Assembly: GCA_963771075.1 (NCBI GenBank) | Contig: CAVYSE010000028.1 | Span: forward strand, 64,001 to 128,000 | Reading direction: 5' to 3' | DNA from: a candidate division FCPU426 bacterium | GTDB taxonomy: Bacteria > Oederibacteriota > Muellerivitia > Muellerivitales > Muellerivitaceae | DNA: 64,000 nt | Part shown: positions 30,860 through 41,630 of the stretch, in pieces | Layout of the letters: each line of letters opens with the position of its first letter | How positions within the stretch are numbered: the stretch's first letter is position 1 | The notes under the pieces: model-generated | The model's database searches: none | Told to the model about the DNA's origin: nothing | The model's input: the letters and a program-made list of their open reading frames with translations, nothing else | Program-made: the position numbers and the translations under genes

Positions 30860-32788
30860 TTATTGGGGTAAAAAGCTCATAATTTTAATAGCTTGGGCAT
30901 TTGAGGGTGAATCTTTAAGTACCCGGGCCATGCAGTAACGCGCCCCTAACACCTGTTGATTATAAAAATACAACTGTCCTAAATTAAAGAAAAAATCGTA
31001 ATAACGGCCCCGGCTTTCTCGAATGGCTTCCAATAATAATGGTTCTCCGAACTCGGGATGACCACTTTGATCGGCAAAAACGCCCATCGCCGAAAGGCCG
31101 ACTGGATAGATAGTTGGCCGGCAAAAATCGTCAATGAAACATTCCAACGGACTAGGCGGGGATGCTTCCACGATTTTTCGTGCCTCGAGGGAAATGGTTT
31201 TGGATATATCCCTTTCGGAAAGCAGCCGTTCATAATCCAGGCTCGGTATTGGGTCGTTGTATCCCCTCCTCAAATAAATAGCGGTCGATTCATCCAAAAA
31301 TACCGGACGCCAATCCGCCCACTTACGCAGATCCAGTATCCATTGGTTCGCCAATGTCGTTTTAAACACAATGATATCGGGTTGGATTCGGTTTATTAAT
31401 CGGGTGACACCCCCTTCGTTCAGTGAATCAATATATTCGGAATACAATTCCGGCCCCATGAGTTCCAACCGGCCGTCAATAAAAGTCAACTGGGGCCCCT
31501 TCCAATCCAGCCACCCCCCCGCGAACATTTCATTGAGTATCTTTCCAGTCAAATGGTTATCCCTCATGAATTGGCACGCCCGCAAGGGAACTTCTTTTTC
31601 ATCCAAACCCCATCCGAAACGGTCGATCCGGCGGTCCGAAATATAATAGGCGTTCGTAACGGTCCGCAAACCAAGCCCTAAAAGAAAAAGTGCGAAGACC
31701 CAAGCAATCCACGCCTTGGACAAAAATAATTTTTCTAACTTTTGAACTACCTCCCCCTTCAAATCTTTCCAACTGGCGGCCGCCAATGGGCTGCAAGCGA
31801 GCATAAAGAGAGGAATATTCCTCATGGCGGTGGCCGACAAACCGAAAAGCGATACCGCCAAGGCCCAATCTTGTATTTTTCTTTGTCGAAAGGTTGCCAG
31901 GAAGAGAACCAATAGACAAAGGCTGAACAATTCATAGGCCATAAGATACAACGATGGAACGAATAGGAACCTACGGGCGAGAGTCCACGGAGGCTGGAAT
32001 TCTGATATCGATTGGTCGAAAACACTGGAAGACCCTAATGTTTTTAAAAGCTGTATCGGAAACAGCATCCCGTTTATTAAATAAGGATTCACCAAACCAG
32101 CGAGCAGGGATAAAGCGAAGATCCCCAGGAGTTTTCGATCGCCACCCCGTATATCGAAAAAGCTAGAAATACTGAATACAGCTATCAAGCCCAGTCCCAA
32201 GGGAAACAGTCCCTCCACATTGGCCCAAAGACATTGTATGAAGGGTAAAAAAATGAGCAGGTCCTTAATTCGTTTCGCCCTCAGTTCCAAAATCAAAAGG
32301 TCCAAGGATAGGAACAACCAGCTTAAAATTTCAGGGCGGGCTTGAAATCGAAGTTCGCAGGCCAATAGGGTCGCAGCCAAGAAAGGAACGCATACCCAGG
32401 GGGGGGATTCGGAAATTTCCATTCGTTTCCAGGTAATGAAAAAAATGGCGAACAATAAAATAATTTCCAAAAGGGATATCAGGCGGAACCCGCCCAACCC
32501 ATACAGCAAGTAAAGCGAAACCTGATAAAGCCAATGGATATCTAAATAGGCATGGTTCAGGACGGAATAACAAAAAACTTCTTTGGATGGGAATTTTAAA
32601 TTCTCGACGATCCATTGGCCCGTCCTTAGATGGTATCCCAAGTCGCTGTCATAAAGCCGGCGGGCCGACAATAAACCCAGCAATAAAAAACAAGAGCCCA
32701 GAGCATAGCTCCAAGGATTAATGGTTTTGAAAGAATTTAGGGGGTGTATTTGAAGCTGTGATACATCTTCAGTTGATGTCAAATTCAT
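30860..32788 (-). CDS. GT-C-like polytopic membrane protein with C-terminal TPR
   Basis: DLGYHLRTGQWI, RPE, WANVEG and FIDGR motifs; many TM helices. Confidence 0.65.
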   Translation of the reverse strand: MNLTSTEDVSQLQIHPLNSFKTINPWSYALGSCFLLLGLLSARRLYDSDLGYHLRTGQWIVENLKFPSKEVFCYSVLNHAYLDIHWLYQVSLYLLYGLGGFRLISLLEIILLFAIFFITWKRMEISESPPWVCVPFLAATLLACELRFQARPEILSWLFLSLDLLILELRAKRIKDLLIFLPFIQCLWANVEGLFPLGLGLIAVFSISSFFDIRGGDRKLLGIFALSLLAGLVNPYLINGMLFPIQLLKTLGSSSVFDQSISEFQPPWTLARRFLFVPSLYLMAYELFSLCLLVLFLATFRQRKIQDWALAVSLFGLSATAMRNIPLFMLACSPLAAASWKDLKGEVVQKLEKLFLSKAWIAWVFALFLLGLGLRTVTNAYYISDRRIDRFGWGLDEKEVPLRACQFMRDNHLTGKILNEMFAGGWLDWKGPQLTFIDGRLELMGPELYSEYIDSLNEGGVTRLINRIQPDIIVFKTTLANQWILDLRKWADWRPVFLDESTAIYLRRGYNDPIPSLDYERLLSERDISKTISLEARKIVEASPPSPLECFIDDFCRPTIYPVGLSAMGVFADQSGHPEFGEPLLLEAIRESRGRYYDFFFNLGQLYFYNQQVLGARYCMARVLKDSPSNAQAIKIMSFLPQ

Positions 32789-32840
32789 AAAAAAATTATA
32801 TCAATTCACGCGCGGAACACGACAAAGAGAAAACGACGGC

Positions 32841-35800
32841 TTATTTCAAAAACAATAGCTTGGTTAAAAAACGCTGTCTTTTTGTGTCGACTACCACAAC
32901 GTAATAAAGGCCATTGGCAATAAGATTGCCTTTTTCATCCTTCATGACGAAAGATGGATCGATACCCGGCTGGGCGTGGAAGGGAATATCAAGGATTTTC
33001 CTAAACGAGAGGGTAAACACCTGGATGGATCCATCCATTCCCATGGTTCCTGTTAATCGAATCGAAACCGGCTGCGTTCCATTTACCGGATTGGGATAAA
33101 GAACCGGGTTTAAAACCGGAATAGGGGTCGAGGTAATCGAGGGTGTCATCGTTCCGCCAGGGGTTGATGTAAAACTTGGGGTTTCTGTCCAAACGGTCGT
33201 CTGGGTGGGAGTTATTGTGGGAGTCCAAGAAGCCGTGACACTGAAGACCTGGGTTAATGTCGAGGTTGGGCTTAGAGTCGTTGTGGCAGTGGGTGAAGGA
33301 GTGGAAGTTGTTGTGTCCGAAAAAACTACCGTCGGGGTTCGGGTCAAGGTTGAGGTCGGACTAAAGGTCCGCGTCCCGGTGGGAGTTGCGCTCCACACAA
33401 GGGTGGGGGTTGCGCTGTTTGTGGGGAAAGCCGTTGAAGTCGGGGTAAATGTTGAGCTTGACGTCATGGTATAGTTTGGGGTCGGGCTTGGCGTGACGGT
33501 TCGAGTCGGGCTATAGGGGAGAGTCGCCGTGAGGCTTACCGTCGCGGTAGGGCTGATTACAATCGTTTGAGTCAGGGTGGAAGTTAGGGTGATTGTACAC
33601 GTTAAAGTGGGGGTCATGGTCAAACTGGGAGTATTGGTAAAACTCGTCGAAAAAGTAGGCGTCGTCGTTTGTGTCAGGGTCAAAGTTTTAGTCGAGGTAA
33701 AGCTAAACACCGGGGTTTGGGTCGCTATAGGGGTAGAAGAAGTTGTTCCAGTCGAGGTTGCAGTTGGAGTGCCCGTAAAACTGAATGTTGGAGTCGGGGT
33801 GTAGGTTTTTGAGAAAGTAAGGGAGGCGGTTGGGGTAAAGGAAGAAGTTGCCGTGATGGTCGTTGTGGGTGTCGAAGAACTCGTAGCACTCAAAATAGGG
33901 GTCATGGTTTGGGTAGGGGAAAGTGTCAGTGTTCCAGTCCCGGTAAGGGTTGCCGTGAATGAAAAAGTAGAGGTGCTAGTCGGGGTATTTGTCCTGGTTA
34001 GAGTCGTCGTAAAAATATTCGTAGGAGTGTTTGTGAATGAAATTGTTGGTGTTGGGGTCGTCGTCAAAACAAGGGTTTGTGTTTGGGTCGTTGTATAAGT
34101 CGATGTCCGGGTCGGGGTCGCTGAAACCGAGAGGGTGGGTGAAGGGGTGAGAGATACCGTGGGGGTAGGCGTGGATGAAAAGGTTGAGGTAAAGGTCGCC
34201 GTTGGACTGTAGGTACGGGTAAGCGTCTGGGTCAAGCTAAAGGTGGGAGTAGCGGTAGCGGTTAAGCCTAAAGTCGGCGTAACCGTGAATGTGGCGGTGG
34301 GGGTGGCCGTGGGTGGAACAATGGGAACAATGCCAATGGCCATGAGGGTGGCGATTTGTACCGACGCCGTTTCGTCCAATTCCAGGGTGCCGTTGGTAAC
34401 CGTGACCGCGAAGGTCTTATCGTCAGCGATATTTTTCCCCGTTCCGAAAGAGGGATAGAGGCTGGTCACGTCCTTGAAAATGTCGAAGTTGGGCAAAACT
34501 GTCACACCGTTCAAAACCACATTGAAGACCCGGTCTCCCGGGGCGGTGTAATAGGTTTCGGCATATTTTAAAGTGACGTCGTAGACCCGGTTGGGCAAAT
34601 TAAATAGGTAGGTCACCCCTCCAGCCGCCCGCTCCGTCATATAAAGGTAAGGGTCGGTCGTATTTGAAATGGGTCCCCCGCTTGAATAGGCGGTTCCAGC
34701 GGTATATCCCCAGTTTCCCGTCGTATAGGCGGTATCGGCCAGCCAGGTAATGGGACCATCGAGGGTCAGGGGGCCCGCACAATTAACGTAAAGCGCTGTA
34801 GCCATTGGGGTCGGTGTGTTGGTCGGTAAGGTGCCCGTGATGGTGGGTGTGAAGGTATTCGTAAAGGTCGAGGTACCCATGGCTGTGGGCGAAAGGGTGA
34901 GGGTGTTGGTGGGCGTGTTGGTCCATGTGTTGGTGACCGTCGGCGTGGGGGGCGTTTGAAGCCGGATAACTTGCATGGCGTTAACCTGGGATGTATCCAC
35001 CGTGGAGCTGAATACAACATCCAATCGGCCGGTGGTAACTTCCACCGTTGTGGGCACATCATAAACCGCATGCTCCCCCACCGTGGCCCAAACATCCAGG
35101 TTGGTCATTACGGGCGTTCCGGCCGCCACCACGCTAAAAACACGCCCGCCAAGGTGGGAATCACCATCATAGTTTTCGCAAAACTTGTATAGCACCTGGT
35201 AATAGCCGTTTGGAACCGTGAAATGATACGTGGGGTTTCCCCACCTTTCCGTTTGATAAAGAGGGGTTTGACCATTGACAGTGCCGGAAATGGCTTGCGT
35301 CGGATAAAGGGAGGTGGATCCCGTGGAGGCTGTGTCATAACCCCAACCGCCCGTGGTGTAGGGTTGGTCCGCCGCCCAAACCGCCCCCGCCGTGTCCGTA
35401 AACTGGGATACGGAGCCGTTGTCCACCCGGATAGTAAGGGGTGCATAGGCAGATAGGGTGGGGGTGGGGGTAGGGGAAACGTAAAGGTTATAATCCAGAA
35501 AATTGTCGGAGAGCATCAGTAATGACATTACGGTCCAGGACTCGTCATAATAGAATCCGCCCTGCAAGAGTTTGCTGCCAACCAGATCGGAATAGGTATT
35601 GTCGATATAGGCTTGGTAGGTCCGGCTCACCATCGCTCCACATCCCGCAGGGCCCACAAAAGCCGCCGATTGGCTGACCGGGCTCGGTCCCTCCGGCAAG
35701 ACGGGTGATTGCGGGTCCGGGGTGCCGTTTAACTTGTAGCCGTCCACGATGGAAACCGCGCCGATGGCTGAAAAGAAACTGCTGGTCAAAGACACATAGG

Positions 35801-36698
35801 CTTGGGACGAGGTATTTCCGAACCAAAGATAGTCCTGGACGATTCGAAAGGGAGTCCGGCAGGCGTCATACTGGTAATCAATGTAAGTCGTATTCACTGA
35901 ATTCTGGGAAACGCCGGCGTTATTGCACCAGGCCGAATCCAGCCCGTTGGAGGAGTTGCCGTAACCTTGATTCAGGTTGGCGTTGAGAATGGCATAGCAA
36001 TTGGCCGCCACGTTCAGCCAACCCGATTGAGTCGTCGCCGCGGCGAACTCCCGGTAATAGGCTGGGGCAAAATAGGATGGGTTGATCGCGCCGAAACCAT
36101 CTCCCGCGGTCAGGGTTTGCCCGGCGCTGTTCACATAGCCGTAAATCTTATTGATCTGGGAAACCGCCAAACTCAGGTAACTCCCCAGGGTGGAACTCGT
36201 TCCCCATTGCCGGACAGCCATTAACAGGCCCCAGGCCATATCCTCATCCGCGTCGGTCGCGGCTCCGCCTCCGTTCGGCCCCAAGGTCCCATCCGAATTG
36301 ATATACCAGTTCATCAAGCCGCTACCGTCCAAGTGTTTTTGCTCGTATTCCCAGAGGTTATCGAAAAGATTTTCATCATTCATGTAAACCGCGATGACCA
36401 TGCCATAGCCGATCCCCTCCGAGACAGTGGAATCGAGATTGAGTCCAGGCTCATTGGGTCTTTGAACGCGGAGGTAACCCGTGGAAGAATCCTTCACCAC
36501 ACAGTCCGTGTACCACTTCACATAGGCTTGGCTGACCGCCGCGTTGGAATAGATGGAGGAATGGAACCCGAAAGGGTTATCCCGGTTCTGGGGAAAGGGG
36601 AAATTCCCCGTGGTTCCATTTACATTTTGCGCCGGGAGAGGGGCGCTCACGCCCAAAAGGAAGACTATTCCAAATAAGGTGGATTTAATTCTTTTCAA
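32841..36698 (-). CDS. Secreted GH8 glycoside hydrolase with two malectin domains, Thr/Pro linker and a YPNP C-terminal domain
   Basis: TVSEGIGYGM, ATDADEDMA and YDACRTP motifs; LYQTERW...F(C/A)E...RVF repeated twice. Confidence 0.9.
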   Translation of the reverse strand: MKRIKSTLFGIVFLLGVSAPLPAQNVNGTTGNFPFPQNRDNPFGFHSSIYSNAAVSQAYVKWYTDCVVKDSSTGYLRVQRPNEPGLNLDSTVSEGIGYGMVIAVYMNDENLFDNLWEYEQKHLDGSGLMNWYINSDGTLGPNGGGAATDADEDMAWGLLMAVRQWGTSSTLGSYLSLAVSQINKIYGYVNSAGQTLTAGDGFGAINPSYFAPAYYREFAAATTQSGWLNVAANCYAILNANLNQGYGNSSNGLDSAWCNNAGVSQNSVNTTYIDYQYDACRTPFRIVQDYLWFGNTSSQAYVSLTSSFFSAIGAVSIVDGYKLNGTPDPQSPVLPEGPSPVSQSAAFVGPAGCGAMVSRTYQAYIDNTYSDLVGSKLLQGGFYYDESWTVMSLLMLSDNFLDYNLYVSPTPTPTLSAYAPLTIRVDNGSVSQFTDTAGAVWAADQPYTTGGWGYDTASTGSTSLYPTQAISGTVNGQTPLYQTERWGNPTYHFTVPNGYYQVLYKFCENYDGDSHLGGRVFSVVAAGTPVMTNLDVWATVGEHAVYDVPTTVEVTTGRLDVVFSSTVDTSQVNAMQVIRLQTPPTPTVTNTWTNTPTNTLTLSPTAMGTSTFTNTFTPTITGTLPTNTPTPMATALYVNCAGPLTLDGPITWLADTAYTTGNWGYTAGTAYSSGGPISNTTDPYLYMTERAAGGVTYLFNLPNRVYDVTLKYAETYYTAPGDRVFNVVLNGVTVLPNFDIFKDVTSLYPSFGTGKNIADDKTFAVTVTNGTLELDETASVQIATLMAIGIVPIVPPTATPTATFTVTPTLGLTATATPTFSLTQTLTRTYSPTATFTSTFSSTPTPTVSLTPSPTLSVSATPTRTSTYTTTQTQTLVLTTTPTPTISFTNTPTNIFTTTLTRTNTPTSTSTFSFTATLTGTGTLTLSPTQTMTPILSATSSSTPTTTITATSSFTPTASLTFSKTYTPTPTFSFTGTPTATSTGTTSSTPIATQTPVFSFTSTKTLTLTQTTTPTFSTSFTNTPSLTMTPTLTCTITLTSTLTQTIVISPTATVSLTATLPYSPTRTVTPSPTPNYTMTSSSTFTPTSTAFPTNSATPTLVWSATPTGTRTFSPTSTLTRTPTVVFSDTTTSTPSPTATTTLSPTSTLTQVFSVTASWTPTITPTQTTVWTETPSFTSTPGGTMTPSITSTPIPVLNPVLYPNPVNGTQPVSIRLTGTMGMDGSIQVFTLSFRKILDIPFHAQPGIDPSFVMKDEKGNLIANGLYYVVVVDTKRQRFLTKLLFLK

Positions 36699-36874
36699 AT
36701 TCGGCCCTTAAACATTGATGAATCTTTCCAACAATGTTTAAAAAATATACCTCATCTTTAAAATTGAAAAAGGGCGATTCACAATAATTTCAAGTTTAAC
36801 GCATCATCCTTGTCAGTCTCATTGGCCTGGAATACGGGAGAAAGTAATTCATTATTGAACTTGGCCAAAATGAA

Positions 36875-38251
36875 TCATTTTTTCAACGTGGAAAGTTCCA
36901 CCCTTTTTGCCTCAGGAGAACCATTGAGAAACAACCCAAAGTAGCCCTCGTCCCCATTTTGGAACGCTTCCAGGACGTAATGGGTTTGAATCCCGCTCTT
37001 GAGGGCCCTGGAAAGCCAAACCAAACCTGACCGGAGAGGATAGAGCCTAAAAAAATTGGGGACGAGATCAAAAGATCTTTTCATGTAATCCCTGAAATCC
37101 GAATATTGGTAAGGTCCTACCGGGTCTGAAATCGTGGCCGCCACGGGTGAGTGGATATCCAAAAGCATCAAGTCCTCGATTCCCATTTCCAAGGCCAGCG
37201 GGACTAAAACGCTGGGTGGGGTGTAAAGGGTCCAGAGAAATCCTATCCGGCCTTGACGGTCCCTAAAAAGATAGGACCGCGCGATGTTGTCGTAAAAACC
37301 GCAAAAGGCATCGGGAAAAGCGTCCTTCCCTGGGTTCCCCTTCTCGATAACCATGAACCGGTTCTGGACAAAGGTTCGAATCTTATCCTTTTCCTGCAAG
37401 TTGGCGTAGGTTCCCATCGCCATCCGCCCACCCTCATAAAAAGCCAGAGTCGCGAGCTCGGGTTGGGGAGGAAGAAAAGGACGCCAATCGTACTGGAACC
37501 CGCCGTACCTTCGCTTTTCCGGGTCCTGATTCCACCAAACGAAATTATCCGATACGTCAAAAACGCCGTTGAAGAGGGCCAAGAGCCCTTGCGAATTTTG
37601 GACCAGGGCGTAATCATTTTTCAAAAGGCTTTTCTCATCCTCCCGCACCCCCGGGAGCCAACCAACTATATGTTTGCGGACCCCGCCCTTGAAGCGGATT
37701 TTGCCCGGGTAATAGACCAGTTGAACCCGGTTTTCGTCAAACGCCGAATAAAAAACCATTGCCCGTTCTTTCATGAGGTCCGCTTGTTGCCGGATCAAGG
37801 CCTTTGCTTTCGGTTTAAGAAAGGGTGTCGTTTCCACCTTCCGGAAATAATCGTCAAAAAGAACCCCTCCCCGGTCGTGGTATTTAACCGCGAAACAGGA
37901 GAGAGTCGCGGTCAACGGCGGAGAGACCGCCGTAAATTCAACGGCACTCGGGTAAAGGAAGGGAAACCCTTCTTTATTATCCTTCGCCTGCCTGGCCCAA
38001 TCGACCGCCAGTTTAAAGGGCCGCTCACCCGGCCCTAAAACCCGGGTCTTGGGCCAATGAAGTTTCGATAACGACTCATAAAGCCATTCACCGGATTTTC
38101 CATAGGCGTACTCCCGGACAGCGGAAACCTGTTTCCCTGCCGGTTCTTCCGAAAAAACTTGAGTCGCGAGGGTCAAGGCCGAAACCCAGAATATAAAACC
38201 GGGCATCAATGTTTTTGAATGGAGGGGGGAGACATTCTTGAAACCAAACAT
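36875..38251 (-). CDS. Secreted hypothetical protein, weakly phosphodiester-glycosidase-like
   Basis: Signal peptide, 458 aa; ARS...LMLLD pattern. Confidence 0.55.
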   Translation of the reverse strand: MFGFKNVSPLHSKTLMPGFIFWVSALTLATQVFSEEPAGKQVSAVREYAYGKSGEWLYESLSKLHWPKTRVLGPGERPFKLAVDWARQAKDNKEGFPFLYPSAVEFTAVSPPLTATLSCFAVKYHDRGGVLFDDYFRKVETTPFLKPKAKALIRQQADLMKERAMVFYSAFDENRVQLVYYPGKIRFKGGVRKHIVGWLPGVREDEKSLLKNDYALVQNSQGLLALFNGVFDVSDNFVWWNQDPEKRRYGGFQYDWRPFLPPQPELATLAFYEGGRMAMGTYANLQEKDKIRTFVQNRFMVIEKGNPGKDAFPDAFCGFYDNIARSYLFRDRQGRIGFLWTLYTPPSVLVPLALEMGIEDLMLLDIHSPVAATISDPVGPYQYSDFRDYMKRSFDLVPNFFRLYPLRSGLVWLSRALKSGIQTHYVLEAFQNGDEGYFGLFLNGSPEAKRVELSTLKK

Positions 38252-41200
38252 TTATTTTTTCCGCCTCGCGCGGATTCTTTTGTTTTCTTTCACACCGCCG
38301 GCCTTTTTCGGGCCCCGCCGGCGGGCGTTTGAAAGCCAGTCATGTGCCACATCTTCGATATGGGCCGCCCGGGACCATTGGACCAGGTCGCGGACTTCCT
38401 GCGGGGGAAGCCGGGATTCCAATTGCTGGGCCAACCGGACGATCTTGTCCTTGGTCTCACGCCGGCAAGTGGGATGGTGGAGGGCGAGCGCCAGGAAAGC
38501 GAAGGCGTTTCGTTCATCCCCCAATAGTTTGGTGTACTTGGAAATCGTGACCATGGCGTCCACCAGTTGCGGGGTCAGGTTCGCGGTCAAGGCGCGGTCA
38601 AAAGCGTCCACCAAATAACGCCGGGCCTGGGAAGGCTGGTTACTTTCCAAACTTACTTCGGCCAGCGAAATCAACGCGACGACGATCCCCACCGTGTCCG
38701 TGTGGCGCTTGAACTGTTCCAGGGCGGACATCATATGGCGCCGCGCCGGGCTCCACTTCCCCTCCGCCAACAACAGCGCCCCCCGGTGGTAGGCGTACCA
38801 GGAAAGGTCCAGGGGCTTGACGCCTTCCCTTTCCTGGATTTGCCTTCCCCTTTCGTAAAAGACCCGGGCTTCCTCAAAACGGCGCTCGGCCACCGCCAGG
38901 TTCCCCAAAAGGTCCAGCGACCAAGTCTGTCCCCGGGGGTCTCCCACCAGGCTATAAAGGTCGAGTCCGGTCTTGGCGTGTTGGCTGGCGGATGTGTAGT
39001 CCCCAACAGCCCAAAGCACCCCCGCCAGAAGATTGTGCGACCACCCCATCGCCCGCTTATCCCCAAACTCGACGTGAAGTTTCAAGCCTTCCTTGTACAT
39101 CTCTCGGGCGCCCTCGAAATTTCCCACTGCCTCGATGGCCCTTCCCAGGTTATTGAAGGCCCAGGCCACCCCCTTCCGGTCCCCGCAGGCCACAAAAGCC
39201 GAGAGCCCTTTTTGATAGTAGTAACGGGCCCGCTCATAGTCGGCCAATTTATGGAGGATGTCGCCCATCAAATTGTAGGAATTGGCCGCCCCTCCCTGGG
39301 AACCGACCGATTCGTAATAGGCCATGGCCTTTCTCAGGAATTTTTGGCCTTCGAAATACTTTTCCAGGCTAAGGGCGATATGGCCCATGTTGTTGAACGC
39401 AAACGCCATACCCGCCTTGTCCCCCGCCTTTTGATAAAGCTGGTAGGCTCGCCGGTAATGGGGGAGAGCCTGGTCGTCGCGGCCCAGGGATTGAAGGACC
39501 AGTCCCAAGCCACAGTAGGGAAAAGCCAATTCCTTGCCCGCCCTTTCTTTTTTTAGGACCGCCAAGCAATCCTCGAGTATCTTCTTCGCCTTCTGAAGAT
39601 CGCCCATCCGTTGCATCAGGATCCCCCATCGGGCCATGAGTTTTCCCATCAGGATCTTGGTGGCCCGGGTGGCCTTCTTGCTCCGGTCCTTCGCGGCCAA
39701 AATTTCCACGGCGCCCTGGAAGGCTTCCACCCCCTCCTGGTACCACCCCTTGGTTTCGTAAAGCATGAATATAGAGTCCAGGTAATCGGCCATTCGGCTA
39801 TCGTTGCCTTGCTCCACCGCCCGTCGCCAACCTTCCCGGATGTTCCCGATCTCATCCGTCAGGTAGGCAAGGGCTTGTCCCTGCTTGGCGCCCCATAAAT
39901 TCTTTTCATTGCGCCGCAGTTCCCGGGCCAGGAAAGCGCTGTGGGCGTCCAGGATTTTGTCTTTTTCGGCATGGTCCTTGAAAAGTTTTTCCTTCGCATA
40001 AAATTTCAGGAGGTCATGGACTTCCAAATAGCCGTTGGGCATGGTCCGCACCAGGAACTTTTGGGCCAACTGCCCGAATATCGCCGGGGAAACCCCCGCC
40101 ACATGGGCCGCGGCTTTGGGGGTGAAGCCTCCCTTGAAGACCGAGCAGGCCCGCAAGGCCTTCTTTTGCCGCTCGTTCAAGAGGACCCAGGAATATTCAA
40201 AGACCGCCCGGAGGGATTGCTGGCGAGTGGGCAAATAGGGCATCTCGGCGGCCAAGAAATCGCGGTTGGACTCGATCTTGGCGGCTATCTCTTCCGGCGT
40301 CATGCTTTTGAGCCAGGTCGCCGAAAGCTCCAGCCCCAGGGGCATTCCCTCCAAAACGGCGCTTAACCGGCCGATGCCGATTTTTTCCTCTTCCTTAGGA
40401 TCCCATTCGGGCACCGTCCGTTGGGCGTGCTGAAGGAATAAACGCACCGAAGCGAAGTTCTCAGGATCGCCGGCATCTGGGCCCGTGGGATAGGAAAGCC
40501 CCTTGATTTCCATGACGATTTCCGTTTTGACCTTCAATCTTTCCCGGCTGGTGGCCAGGATGGATACTTGAGGAGCCTCTTGAAGGATGCGGGTTACGAG
40601 TTCGCCCCCTTCCAGCACATGTTCAAAATTGTCCATGATCAGCAGGATCCGCTTGTCGTTCAGGTAATTAAATAATTGCAGTTCCGAATCCTCGGCTCCG
40701 GTGAAAACAAATTTCAGGGCCTGGGCGATGCTCTCCACCATATACCGGGCCGAGGAGAGGGGCGCCAGCCCCACAAAATAAACCCCATCGGGAAAACGGG
40801 AGGTCATCCGGGCGGCGGCTTGAAGGGACAGTCGCGTCTTTCCAAATCCCCCGGGTCCCACCAGGGTGAGGAGCCGTTGGTCTGCCATCGCGAATGTTTG
40901 AATGATCCGTTCGGTTTCCTCTTCCCTACCTAAAAAAGGAACGTTTTGGGACGGCAAGTTTTGGGGAAAATTTTGGAGGGATTGAAGTGGAGGAATTTCA
41001 CCGGCGGACATCCCCTCGGGCTTTAACACAAAGAGGGTCTGGGGTTGCAAAAGGTCATTTAAGAGATGCGGCCCCATATTCTGAAGGACAAATCCGGCGG
41101 GAACCTCCAGCGAATCATGGGCCTTTTCGGTCAGGAGAACTTGCCCCGCGGGGCATGCATCCAGGAGGGCACGGGCGTGATCCAAGGCTGGTCCCAGGCC

Positions 41201-41518
41201 TTTACTCAGGATCCTTTCCGGGGGGGCGGCGTGAAGGGCCACCCTTAAATCGGCCGCTCCCACCCCTTCCCAGTCTCTTTCGATCAGGTCCTGCCTCAGT
41301 TTCAAGAGGGAGGGCAGGATGTTTCCCTTATCAAAATAAGCCCAAACTCCATTGGGAAAACGTCGAGACCAGGCGGCACCCTGTCGGTGAAACTCATCCT
41401 CCAGATGATAAAAAAGGGCCCCTTTCGCGAGTTCCATTTTCTCAAGGGAATAGTCATTCCGGTTGACCGGCTCGATTCGAGAGGTGAGGTATAGAGCCAA
41501 GGGGAGACTCCTAAGCAT
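38252..41518 (-). CDS. STAND/NB-ARC ATPase with degenerate N-terminal cyclase-like domain and TPRs
   Basis: GPGGFGKT, LLIMDNFEH, ATSRE and GMPLGLEL motifs; C-terminal TPR array. Confidence 0.88.
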   Translation of the reverse strand: MLRSLPLALYLTSRIEPVNRNDYSLEKMELAKGALFYHLEDEFHRQGAAWSRRFPNGVWAYFDKGNILPSLLKLRQDLIERDWEGVGAADLRVALHAAPPERILSKGLGPALDHARALLDACPAGQVLLTEKAHDSLEVPAGFVLQNMGPHLLNDLLQPQTLFVLKPEGMSAGEIPPLQSLQNFPQNLPSQNVPFLGREEETERIIQTFAMADQRLLTLVGPGGFGKTRLSLQAAARMTSRFPDGVYFVGLAPLSSARYMVESIAQALKFVFTGAEDSELQLFNYLNDKRILLIMDNFEHVLEGGELVTRILQEAPQVSILATSRERLKVKTEIVMEIKGLSYPTGPDAGDPENFASVRLFLQHAQRTVPEWDPKEEEKIGIGRLSAVLEGMPLGLELSATWLKSMTPEEIAAKIESNRDFLAAEMPYLPTRQQSLRAVFEYSWVLLNERQKKALRACSVFKGGFTPKAAAHVAGVSPAIFGQLAQKFLVRTMPNGYLEVHDLLKFYAKEKLFKDHAEKDKILDAHSAFLARELRRNEKNLWGAKQGQALAYLTDEIGNIREGWRRAVEQGNDSRMADYLDSIFMLYETKGWYQEGVEAFQGAVEILAAKDRSKKATRATKILMGKLMARWGILMQRMGDLQKAKKILEDCLAVLKKERAGKELAFPYCGLGLVLQSLGRDDQALPHYRRAYQLYQKAGDKAGMAFAFNNMGHIALSLEKYFEGQKFLRKAMAYYESVGSQGGAANSYNLMGDILHKLADYERARYYYQKGLSAFVACGDRKGVAWAFNNLGRAIEAVGNFEGAREMYKEGLKLHVEFGDKRAMGWSHNLLAGVLWAVGDYTSASQHAKTGLDLYSLVGDPRGQTWSLDLLGNLAVAERRFEEARVFYERGRQIQEREGVKPLDLSWYAYHRGALLLAEGKWSPARRHMMSALEQFKRHTDTVGIVVALISLAEVSLESNQPSQARRYLVDAFDRALTANLTPQLVDAMVTISKYTKLLGDERNAFAFLALALHHPTCRRETKDKIVRLAQQLESRLPPQEVRDLVQWSRAAHIEDVAHDWLSNARRRGPKKAGGVKENKRIRARRKK

Positions 41519-41630
41519 TGGGGGTAGGTCTACTATATTATTACAGGGCCATCCCGGTAGAAAGGCCAGGTCCTCGAATTCGTGATAGGCAAAACCACCA
41601 TTGGTTTCCTGGCCAGAAACGAGTTCCCGA

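Noticed and set aside
26298..34458. Val-rich plus-strand ORFs
   Set aside because: Antisense shadows of the Thr-rich linkers of the GH8 genes.
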